From assembly GCA_000146465.1 (NCBI GenBank), contig CP001951.1: a DNA stretch of 64,000 bases. One strand, given 5' to 3'. Under the pieces are notes generated by a model. The model was not told where the DNA came from. It saw only the letters and a program-made list of their open reading frames with translations, and did no database searches. Shown piece after piece: positions 17,847 to 26,103 of this stretch. Each line of letters starts with the position of its first letter. Position 1 is the stretch's first letter. The translations under genes were made by a program, and so were the position numbers.

Positions 17847-19397
17847 TTAAGAAACACCGTTGAAAGAGTCCACCACGGATTTATATGCCAAATACAGGCG
17901 GTCTTCCCCATGGCTGCTTCCAATGTTATTCACAATCTGGTCGAAGGAAAAGATGCCTTCTGACATAAGTATGAAATTCTCCACAAAACATCTTTCATTG
18001 TCTGGAGGGCACAGAAAGATCTTAAGATACTTTTCAACAACATCTATCAGAGGAAGAACACTCACTTTTGTCCTTAGGTATCGCTTTATCTCTGCAGTCT
18101 CGAGTAAAAGAGCCTCGGAAATCCTAGGTGTGACTTTGATGGAGTAGATTCCAGAAAAGACATGAGAAACCACGCTCTCCACCAATGTGATTCGGATATC
18201 CTCGTATATTCCCTCTATCTCTTCATTCATTATGTCTTTGTCTAGGATCTGTATGACTTTCCTAGAAAGACCCTCTGGAGCAGAAAAGTCCAGGCCTAGG
18301 AAGTAGCTTGAGAGAAAATCATCAATAAATGTGTTTTGAAGTCTTTCGGCCTTTCTCATTTGCATGTGAATCTTTGGAATGTCCTCTTCTACTTCTGACT
18401 TTTCTATGATTTGGTCCAAAAAATCTAGAGCAGTTTCTCTGATGTAAAGCATAGTGTTTAGTACAATTATAGACTCGTTCAGACATCCAGGGAGGCGTGT
18501 TCTTTTGATCAGAAGACTCAAATACTCGTCGAAATAATGTACGAGATGCCTATGCGCAGACTTGTCATTAAGGTACTCAACCCTTTTAAGAATCTTTTCT
18601 ACTCCACGAAAGAAGTCCAGAAACCCCGAGATAATGCATAGTTTAACATTCTCTTGGTTGAGGTCGGACTCCATAAGCTCTTTGAAGGATCTTTCTAGAT
18701 ATATCTCGATGTTTGGCACAAACAATGAGGATAGCATTGTCTTGTGTGGACAGAAGGTTTCCTTTTGACTCAAGCCTTTGGATTTACATGCTCCATCTTC
18801 CAGAGATGTAGACTGTACACATGCACTGCATCCCTGTTTTTCAAACAGCTTCCCAAGTCTCTTCTCACATCTGATCGTTGCATCAAAAGCTTCTATGAAA
18901 TCCTCTTCATCGACCTCGTTGTAAAAGAAGTAATCACATACCCGTTGCTTCGTCATAACATAGTACTTGAGCAATATTTCTCGTGGTAAGCTCCAGTCGT
19001 CTGGGACATGGGAATATTTGAGGCTTACTCTGCTTATGCTTTCTTCAATCCATCCAAGACAGCTCTTTAATGAAGATAGTCTTTGAAAGTTACAATTCAA
19101 GAACTCCTGGTAACTCACAGAACATAGTGATCCTAGGTAAGAAATCGCCAACGATTTCATCCTGGCCTCAAAGCTTTCTCCCTGCAGTAACGTGATGTTG
19201 ACCAGTGGCTTTGGAATTCCCTTTTGCTCATGGACACATCTTCTTATTTCTTCCTCTATCGAGGACTGAAGACCTTCCAAGTCATTGGTGCACAGCTTGT
19301 CTCTAAGAGATAGCTTTTCCATTTCTTCCCTGATAATATTGTAAATCTCCTCGTAGTTTTTCGAGCTGTGCAATGTCCTCAGCTCAGAAGCATGCAT
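17847..19397 (-). CDS. Hypothetical 516-aa protein, mostly helical, with no confident family assignment. It could be a tethering-complex/CATCHR-like subunit, but this is unverified.
   Basis: A clean ATG at 19395-19397 opens an ORF that fills the gap between flanking genes. Codon usage is typical. I found no recognisable catalytic or binding motif. Confidence 0.4.
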   Translation of the reverse strand: MHASELRTLHSSKNYEEIYNIIREEMEKLSLRDKLCTNDLEGLQSSIEEEIRRCVHEQKGIPKPLVNITLLQGESFEARMKSLAISYLGSLCSVSYQEFLNCNFQRLSSLKSCLGWIEESISRVSLKYSHVPDDWSLPREILLKYYVMTKQRVCDYFFYNEVDEEDFIEAFDATIRCEKRLGKLFEKQGCSACVQSTSLEDGACKSKGLSQKETFCPHKTMLSSLFVPNIEIYLERSFKELMESDLNQENVKLCIISGFLDFFRGVEKILKRVEYLNDKSAHRHLVHYFDEYLSLLIKRTRLPGCLNESIIVLNTMLYIRETALDFLDQIIEKSEVEEDIPKIHMQMRKAERLQNTFIDDFLSSYFLGLDFSAPEGLSRKVIQILDKDIMNEEIEGIYEDIRITLVESVVSHVFSGIYSIKVTPRISEALLLETAEIKRYLRTKVSVLPLIDVVEKYLKIFLCPPDNERCFVENFILMSEGIFSFDQIVNNIGSSHGEDRLYLAYKSVVDSFNGVS

Positions 19398-19431
19398 AAA
19401 CTATGATGATTCTCACGATTTTAGGCCAGAA

Positions 19432-19449
19432 CTGAAACATTTGTTTCAG
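19432..19449. repeat. Perfect short palindrome CTGAAAC-ATTT-GTTTCAG in a 173-bp divergent promoter region
   Basis: Read directly: a 7-bp perfect inverted repeat with a 4-nt spacer. Weaker inverted repeats built around AGGAC/GTCCT follow at 19451-19520. Confidence 0.5.
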
Positions 19450-19570
19450 ACAGGACTCTGAATGAGAAAAAGGATGGAGAAGTCCGTCCTGGCATTCAGA
19501 CAGAAGGACTCCTCTACCGAAGCGATAAAAGGCAAAATGTTTTTCTAGTCTTACAAAAACAAGCCTGGAG

Positions 19571-20188
19571 ATGGAGAATTTGCTGGAAGATGACTCGGAG
19601 AATTTACTAAGGATGAGTCCAGATGAGTATTGGGTAGGCGACTTCATGCACAGAAGAGAAAACCGCAGCATAGTCCGTGTTCCAGACGAGTTTCTTGAAG
19701 ATCGATTTAACATTATTGGACTGGACAGGTACATAAAAGACCTCGAAAAGGTATATAGTTCGATACTTGACAAGGGACCAAGGAGTAGTTTTCAGGAGGA
19801 GTCTTCTCTATACTATCTGATACATCAGAAATACATCTTCACAAAGCCTGGGCTTGAGACTGTTCTGGACAGGGTGATGAGCAAGGAGTATGGAGCATGT
19901 CCAAGAATAGGATGCAAGTCAGTTGGAATGATCCCCATTGGGCTGAGCGACAGGCCTGGAGTTTCGTCAACAAAAGTCTATTGCCACTGTTGTGTGAGTG
20001 TGTACGAGGCCAGGGGAATTCTCCGGCTTGTAGATGGGTGTGCATGGGGGAAATCGTTCCCGCATTTCCTAATTTTGACTCACTCGTACCATTTCCCTTC
20101 AGGAAAGTGTGAGGAGTATGTCCCAAGGATATACGGCTTTCGGATATGCGCCCACGACGACAACGACTCTCTCTCCGAAGACAACTAA
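19571..20188 (+). CDS. CKB: Casein kinase II regulatory (beta) subunit
   Basis: NIIGL, YLIHQKYIFTKPGLETVLDRV...YGACPRIGCKSVGMIPIGLSDRPGVSSTKVYCHCCVSVY...VDGCAWGKSFPHFL...YVPRIYGFRI match CK2-beta, including the zinc-ribbon CPx3C...Cx2C and the C-terminal PRLYGFKI. Confidence 0.85.
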   Translation: MENLLEDDSENLLRMSPDEYWVGDFMHRRENRSIVRVPDEFLEDRFNIIGLDRYIKDLEKVYSSILDKGPRSSFQEESSLYYLIHQKYIFTKPGLETVLDRVMSKEYGACPRIGCKSVGMIPIGLSDRPGVSSTKVYCHCCVSVYEARGILRLVDGCAWGKSFPHFLILTHSYHFPSGKCEEYVPRIYGFRICAHDDNDSLSEDN

Positions 20189-20196
20189 AATAAATG
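20189..20196 (+). promoter_or_regulatory. AATAAATG junction: the AATAAA of the CK2-beta 3' end shares its last A with the start codon of Pol epsilon
   Basis: The CK2-beta stop TAA is at 20186-20188, AATAAA at 20189-20194 and the ATG of the 5.4-kb Pol epsilon ORF at 20194-20196. The intergenic spacer is 5 nt. Confidence 0.5.
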
Positions 20197-23100
20197 CCTA
20201 ATATGGAAGACAGCCTGAATCTTTGGTTATTTTCAAAAGACATCGAAACCGCAATGAGAGACGAGCTTCTAGAGGAGCAATATGGATTTATATCTCACCA
20301 TGAAAGCAGAAGAAGAGAGGGATGGGTCCTGAACTACATCACTACTGTATTCAAAGACGGGAGAATGGAAGCAAAGCTTTATCTGATTGATGACAAGAGA
20401 GCCGAATTTCTTGTGAAGATTCCATATTTTCCATCTCTTCTCCTTAAAGCTTCGGATTATGATTCTGTTGAAGAATATCTCAGGAGAAAATATGCAGCAG
20501 AGATTTACAGCATGGAGAGAGTGCATAGAATTGACTTTAACGAATACAATCATCTGAACAAAGACCCAGGAGTGTTTCTAGAGGTTAGATTCAGGACCGA
20601 GTCTGGGTTTTCAACAGCTGTGAAGGACTTCAAGAAGATAGTGGCAAGGAACAAAGTGCAGAAGAATAATGAATATGATTGCTTTGGAAAGGATCGAACA
20701 CTCTGCGCAGAGGAACTTATGGAGGGAATCTTCGAGTATGATATTCCTGTAGAGGTTTGCACGGCCAACAACCTGAAGATCAGATGTGGAAAGTGGTATA
20801 CTTTCTACTATACCGGAGAGACATATGTTATAGAGAAGAGCGAAAGAGTCGTGTTTCCAGATCTTCGGATACTTGCATTTGATATCGAGACATTCAAAAA
20901 GCCGCTGAAATTTCCTAATCCAGACTATGATGAGGTGATGATGATATCTGTTAAAACAGAATGCAGGGGAGAATTGATTGTGAACCGGAGGCTGGTTTCT
21001 AAAGACATCAGGAAGTTTGAGTACAATCCAAGAGAAGACATGGAGTGTGTGTTTGATGTGTCGAACGAGGGAGACGAAGAAGGGGTGCTGATTAGATTTG
21101 TTGAGTTGATTCAAAAACACAAACCACACTTGATAACAACGTTTAATGGAGCATTATTTGACTTTCCGTTCCTGGAGAAAAGGATGAAGAACTATGGAAT
21201 AAGCCTGAGGGAGACAACTGGATTTACTCTGAAGGATGAATACTACATTTCACCGTTTATTGTGCATCTTGATTGCTACAAATGGGTTAAAAGAGACTCG
21301 TATCTTCCGGCAGGGAGCCAGGGTCTCAAGGAGGTCACTAAAGTGAAACTAGGATACTTCCCTGACGAGATTGATCCTGAAGACATGGTTAGGCTTGCAA
21401 TGTCCGACCCCGACAAAATGGCATCTTATTCTGTTTCGGATTCGGTTGCAACATACTTTCTTTACACCAAATATGTCCAGCCTCATGTTTTTTCCCTATG
21501 CTCTCTTGTTCCTCTCTCTCCGACCTCGGCACTTTGCCAGGGGTCTGGAACACTGTGTGAAGCTCTGCTTGTCTCTGAAGCCATTGAATACGGGGTGCTT
21601 ATCCCAGAAAGGAGGAGAGAAAGCAAAACCCGAGAGCACAACGGACACATAGCAGAAAGCATCACATATGTTGGAGGATATGTCGAGTGTCTCCGGTCCG
21701 GGATTTTTCGGTCTGACCTGGAGCATGAATTTAACATCTCTAAAGAATTCATTGGAGAAGTGGTTTCAAGCCTTGACGAAATTCTCTATGAGTACAAGGA
21801 AGAAGGAGGTTTTGAAGAGATGAAAGCACAGATTCTTGCCAATCTTCAGGAGAACAAGGGAAGACTTCGAAAGGAGGGGCTTATATATCATCTGGATGTT
21901 GGAGCAATGTATCCAAACATCATACTTACCAACAAACTGCAGCCTGTGTCAATTGTTAACGAAGAGATCTGCATAAGATGTGACTTTTCGGATGAGTCGA
22001 ACAATTGTAAGAAAAGAATGGAATGGAGCCTTAAGGTCGAGTACATTCCGGCTGGTAAGAGGGAAACCGAGATGATTAGGAGGCAGGTAGAGAAGGAAAA
22101 GAACTTTGAAGGAAATGAGGAAGAAGAGGTGAAGAAGAGGGTCAGAAGGTATTCGAAGAGTATGTACGGAAAGAAAAGGGAAAAGAAGATTTGTACTAGA
22201 AGTTCGACAGTTTGTCAGAGGGAGATTCCATTCTATGTGGAAACAGTTAGAAAATTCAGGGACCAAAGATATGTGTATAAGAGGCTGCAAGCCCAGGCAC
22301 AAAAGGCTGCTGAGGAAGCCACAACCGATGAGGAAAGAAAGTATGCGATGAAGTCTGTTGTTGTGTACTCCTCGCTCCAAGTGGCACACAAATGTGTTCT
22401 AAACTCGTTCTATGGATATGTGATGAGAAAAAGCTCACGGTGGTACAGCATGGAGATGGCGGCGATAGTTTGCAATGTAGGAGGGAACATTATTAAGAAG
22501 GCCCGAGAGATTGTGGAGAAGATAGGGATTTCCTTGGAACTGGATACCGACGGAATATGGTGCATAGTTCCATCTTCATTGGTATCTTCATATGTACTCC
22601 CGTCGGGGAAGAAGTTTTCTCTCTTGTCAGGCCTCCTCAACCACTTTGTATGTAAGAAATTTACAAACAACCAATACCAGGAGAAGATTGATGGGGAGTA
22701 TGCCACAAGAAGTGAGAATTCGATATTCTTTGAGATTGATGGGCCGTACAGGGCAATGCTTCTTCCTACGTCGACCGAGGAAAGCAAATTGCTGAAGAAG
22801 AGATATGCAATAATCGATGACAACAACAAGATTGCCGAATTGAAAGGATTTGAGATGAAAAGGAGAGGAGAGCTCCAGATTACTAAGAAGTTCCAGGAGG
22901 AGCTTTTTCTACACTTCCTTGATGGGAGTAACTTAAACGAATGCTATGAGTCGCTGGCCGAGGTGTGCAGATACTGGCTAGACATACTAAAGAGCAAGGG
23001 AGAATATCTTGATGACGATACGATTCTTGAGTTACTGTCTGAGAGCAGAAGTATGTCTAAGGGATTTGGGGAATACAGAGGAAGAAAGTCGAACCTCACT

Positions 23101-25584
23101 GTTACGGCGGTTAGGATGTCTGAAGTCCTGGGAGAAGGAATTCTTGAAGAGAAATTGAAGTGCGAGTATATTGTTGCGGCATACCCAGAGAATAAATCGG
23201 TGGCAGAGAGGGCTATACCAGTGGTGGTTTTCCGGTCTGAGCAAAAGGAAGAGTTTCTCAGGAAATGGCTGGAAAGAGACTATTCTGGAGACATTAGAGC
23301 CGTTATTGACTGGGAATATTATAGAGTAAGATTGGAGTGTGTGATTCAGAGGATGGTTATACTGCCTGCTCTATCGCAAGGAATCAAGAATCCTTTGAGC
23401 GAGGTGGGGATTCCAGAATGGGCCAAGGCCAAGACCCAGCTTAGGGGTTTTGATCTAAGAAACGTAGATGACATTGAGGATGCCTTCTGCAAAGCAAGAC
23501 TAAGCAAGGACACAGAAGCCGGGCGTGAAAAGTGCAAGGAAGATTTTGAAGAAGACAAAGAGAATTGCAAAGATGATGAAAAGAAAATGAGGGACCTGAT
23601 GGAAACTGATGTTAGGGAGTATATTCTTAAGAACAGGATCGCGTGGATTGAAAGAATAAAAAGGATTATTGACGTAGGCGACATCATTAAGATGGTTTGT
23701 AGCAATGATGGATATATGGATGTATATCGCATGGGACGGAGTGATTCTGTGGAAAGAATTCCTTTAGAGAGGAGAATCTATATGCAAGTCAATGACTGGA
23801 GATACTTTGACAAGTCTGGAGATATCGAGAGAGTGGCCGTGTACTTTCCTGAGAATTCCGAGACAACTGAAGTGGGGACTATTAGTATAAAAGAACATGA
23901 GTTTGTGAAAGACTATTCATTGTACAGGAAGTTTCTCAGTCACTTTTCGATAAGAAGAGTTTTTGAAGACAAGATTCCGATTCTGTACAGTAATTTGAAA
24001 GAATGCGAAGGACATGATGTCGAGTTTGTAACAGTGGGCAGCTTTATTTTCCTTGGAAAACCTGTTTACACAGTGGGAGAAGAAGAATTCCTTGTATTTT
24101 CTGGGAAGGAAGGGCTCTATGACCTTGGAAGATATCTTCTTAGAAACTTCGGAAAGTGGAGGATTGGAGTTATCGGATCCAGCGACCCATGCAAGACCGA
24201 ACTCCGGAAGATACTGTGCAAATATCACATTCTTGAAATACAAGTTAGGAGGAATCTGTCTTTGAAGGAATATTCTGTAATGTGCAATGAACAGAAAGAG
24301 TTCCACAAGCAGATGGCCAGGGAAGTGGAGCTGGTGTGCAAGCTGAGCAAGTATAGCCGAATTCCCATTTTCAATGTAAACGAAAATGTAATGGATGTTC
24401 TATTTTATAGGGAGTTAAAGAAAAACAGAGTTGTATGCGGAAGACAAGAATGTGAAATGAGCTACTCCCCGCGTCTGAGGGCAGAGAGTTTCCGGCCTGG
24501 CCTCTACAAGAAATACGTGGTTGAGATAGAGTGTATTGGAACATTGGTGCTTTCTATTATTGAATACGAGGCATTTCTGGGGAAAGACACCTTATTTAAA
24601 GGTGTGGAAAGGAAAGACTTCCATATCCTCAGAAGTCTTCTGAAGCGGATAGTCCTGGACTCGATCAAAGGAGAAGATGGAGCTAAGCTTTTACTAAGAA
24701 ATATTGGAAGATGGATAAGGAGTGATTCGGCCATAATTTGCTCGGAGTTGAGGAGCATTTGCTGCATGCTGCAGAAAAGATACATGATGCATCTGGCCAA
24801 AAAGCTGAGAGATGAAAAGTACGATGTGATTTGTGTGGCGGGAGATGTGGTTTTGATCGACACAGGGAAGACAAGCGAGGAATCGGCATTGGACTTTTTT
24901 CAGTATATCTGCAAGAAGGGGCTGGAGCTCTGTGGATACGAGATGATGAAGATGAAGGCTATTAGAATATTCCAAAGCCTTGCATTTGTAGACCCAAGCA
25001 CCTACTTCTTTCTTGACAGGGGAGAATACTTCTGTTTCAGTGAGAGTAAGGTTCCTACAGCATTTCTTCAGGCCTATTTTAATGAAGAGAAGGTGGATTC
25101 GGAGTTTGTGTACAGCCTTGTAACCAAAATTCCTCTTGAGAGCTCCAAGATGGTTTTGAAACTCCTCTCGTTCAGACAGGACTCGCAAGCCCTTCTGTCT
25201 AACTGTTATAAACTCTTACATTTGAGTGAGTTTGCAGAGAAGGAAAGAAAAGAGATATATCTTGACATTGTGTGTCCTTCGTGTGGAATGGAAAGTGCTT
25301 TGAGAGCCAGATGTATCAAGTGCTACAATGCATATCCAAAAAGCGCTGTGTTAGAAGTGTGTATGGCTTATGCCAAGCATCTTCTTTGGTTGGAACTTTC
25401 AAGGGATCTATCCTGCACCATCTGTGGGAAATCTAATGAAGCAAGGCTGTCTAGTTTTTGTAAATGCGGTGGTGCGTTCCAAAAGACAAGTTATGGAAAT
25501 GAGTTGGAGAGCCTAAGGGAAATAGCTGGTAGCCCGATTTTTGACGGTTTCTACAGGAGAATCTCAAAGCATTTCCTGAAATGA
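20194..25584 (+). CDS. POL2: DNA polymerase epsilon catalytic subunit A
   Basis: 1796 aa. Exo I FDIETFK. Family-B motif A DVGAMYPNIILTN and motif C ELDTDGIWC. Two C-terminal Cys4 modules, CPSCG...CIKCYN and CTICGKS...CKCGG. The overall N-terminal exonuclease/polymerase plus inactive C-terminal half architecture fits Pol2. Confidence 0.9.
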   Translation: MPNMEDSLNLWLFSKDIETAMRDELLEEQYGFISHHESRRREGWVLNYITTVFKDGRMEAKLYLIDDKRAEFLVKIPYFPSLLLKASDYDSVEEYLRRKYAAEIYSMERVHRIDFNEYNHLNKDPGVFLEVRFRTESGFSTAVKDFKKIVARNKVQKNNEYDCFGKDRTLCAEELMEGIFEYDIPVEVCTANNLKIRCGKWYTFYYTGETYVIEKSERVVFPDLRILAFDIETFKKPLKFPNPDYDEVMMISVKTECRGELIVNRRLVSKDIRKFEYNPREDMECVFDVSNEGDEEGVLIRFVELIQKHKPHLITTFNGALFDFPFLEKRMKNYGISLRETTGFTLKDEYYISPFIVHLDCYKWVKRDSYLPAGSQGLKEVTKVKLGYFPDEIDPEDMVRLAMSDPDKMASYSVSDSVATYFLYTKYVQPHVFSLCSLVPLSPTSALCQGSGTLCEALLVSEAIEYGVLIPERRRESKTREHNGHIAESITYVGGYVECLRSGIFRSDLEHEFNISKEFIGEVVSSLDEILYEYKEEGGFEEMKAQILANLQENKGRLRKEGLIYHLDVGAMYPNIILTNKLQPVSIVNEEICIRCDFSDESNNCKKRMEWSLKVEYIPAGKRETEMIRRQVEKEKNFEGNEEEEVKKRVRRYSKSMYGKKREKKICTRSSTVCQREIPFYVETVRKFRDQRYVYKRLQAQAQKAAEEATTDEERKYAMKSVVVYSSLQVAHKCVLNSFYGYVMRKSSRWYSMEMAAIVCNVGGNIIKKAREIVEKIGISLELDTDGIWCIVPSSLVSSYVLPSGKKFSLLSGLLNHFVCKKFTNNQYQEKIDGEYATRSENSIFFEIDGPYRAMLLPTSTEESKLLKKRYAIIDDNNKIAELKGFEMKRRGELQITKKFQEELFLHFLDGSNLNECYESLAEVCRYWLDILKSKGEYLDDDTILELLSESRSMSKGFGEYRGRKSNLTVTAVRMSEVLGEGILEEKLKCEYIVAAYPENKSVAERAIPVVVFRSEQKEEFLRKWLERDYSGDIRAVIDWEYYRVRLECVIQRMVILPALSQGIKNPLSEVGIPEWAKAKTQLRGFDLRNVDDIEDAFCKARLSKDTEAGREKCKEDFEEDKENCKDDEKKMRDLMETDVREYILKNRIAWIERIKRIIDVGDIIKMVCSNDGYMDVYRMGRSDSVERIPLERRIYMQVNDWRYFDKSGDIERVAVYFPENSETTEVGTISIKEHEFVKDYSLYRKFLSHFSIRRVFEDKIPILYSNLKECEGHDVEFVTVGSFIFLGKPVYTVGEEEFLVFSGKEGLYDLGRYLLRNFGKWRIGVIGSSDPCKTELRKILCKYHILEIQVRRNLSLKEYSVMCNEQKEFHKQMAREVELVCKLSKYSRIPIFNVNENVMDVLFYRELKKNRVVCGRQECEMSYSPRLRAESFRPGLYKKYVVEIECIGTLVLSIIEYEAFLGKDTLFKGVERKDFHILRSLLKRIVLDSIKGEDGAKLLLRNIGRWIRSDSAIICSELRSICCMLQKRYMMHLAKKLRDEKYDVICVAGDVVLIDTGKTSEESALDFFQYICKKGLELCGYEMMKMKAIRIFQSLAFVDPSTYFFLDRGEYFCFSESKVPTAFLQAYFNEEKVDSEFVYSLVTKIPLESSKMVLKLLSFRQDSQALLSNCYKLLHLSEFAEKERKEIYLDIVCPSCGMESALRARCIKCYNAYPKSAVLEVCMAYAKHLLWLELSRDLSCTICGKSNEARLSSFCKCGGAFQKTSYGNELESLREIAGSPIFDGFYRRISKHFLK

Positions 25585-26054
25585 CTTCCTTTTGGGAGTT
25601 AAGAAATAGATCTATCAACCCATGCTTTTCGATGTGTTCGGAAATCAAAGTCCTTGAAAGGAACAATGAGACACAGATAGACACTCTTCTCTATGACCAT
25701 ACATTGGTACATATAACTTTCAACACAAAGGAACACCCGTTATCACCAAGAGACCTTTCGATTAACCATTTGGGAAGAAGTTCAAGCGGATCTGTTAAAG
25801 TGTTTGTTAACTCAAAGAAAGTCGACTTTTCGTATGAGCTTGTGTTCGGATATGCGTTAAGCTGCATTGGGATTGAAGAATATGATTGCAAGGTCTATTT
25901 ATTTGACGATACTGATGACCTGTGTGTGTTAAAGAACCTAATGTTTGCAATAGACGAGAAGTTTAAGGCGGGCCTTCGTGTCTTTTCGGATCACAGCAAG
26001 ACAACGGTGTCTTTAGGCGGAAAGATAATTTATGAAACAACTATAGTACTATAA
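25581..26054 (+). CDS. Hypothetical 157-aa protein whose ATG overlaps the Pol epsilon stop (ATGA)
   Basis: ATG at 25581-25583 and TGA (the Pol2 stop) at 25582-25584. The ORF fills the whole spacer up to 50 nt before the ABC-transporter stop. No recognisable motifs. It may be a genuine lineage-specific gene or a spacer ORF. Confidence 0.3.
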   Translation: MTSFWELRNRSINPCFSMCSEIKVLERNNETQIDTLLYDHTLVHITFNTKEHPLSPRDLSINHLGRSSSGSVKVFVNSKKVDFSYELVFGYALSCIGIEEYDCKVYLFDDTDDLCVLKNLMFAIDEKFKAGLRVFSDHSKTTVSLGGKIIYETTIVL

Positions 26055-26103
26055 TAGTCGATGCATGATTCGAAACAGCATCCGTTAAATATACCTCCAG
26101 TTC

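Noticed and set aside
19398-19570. Possible tRNA or snRNA in the 173-bp spacer
   Set aside because: The palindromes do not fold into a cloverleaf, and there are no A-box/B-box or Sm-site-like motifs. It is kept only as a regulatory-palindrome observation.
20611-21129. Long antisense or out-of-frame ORFs inside large genes (e.g. 20611-21129-, 3466-4125-, 6152-6649+, 7699-8058-, 8728-9180-, 21949-22389-, 33223-33552+, 45785-46186+, 47955-48359-, 52343-52774-)
   Set aside because: They lie entirely within confidently assigned conserved genes on the other strand or frame. They have low-complexity Ser/Leu-rich translations typical of shadow ORFs, no start-proximal CCC motif and no recognisable domains.
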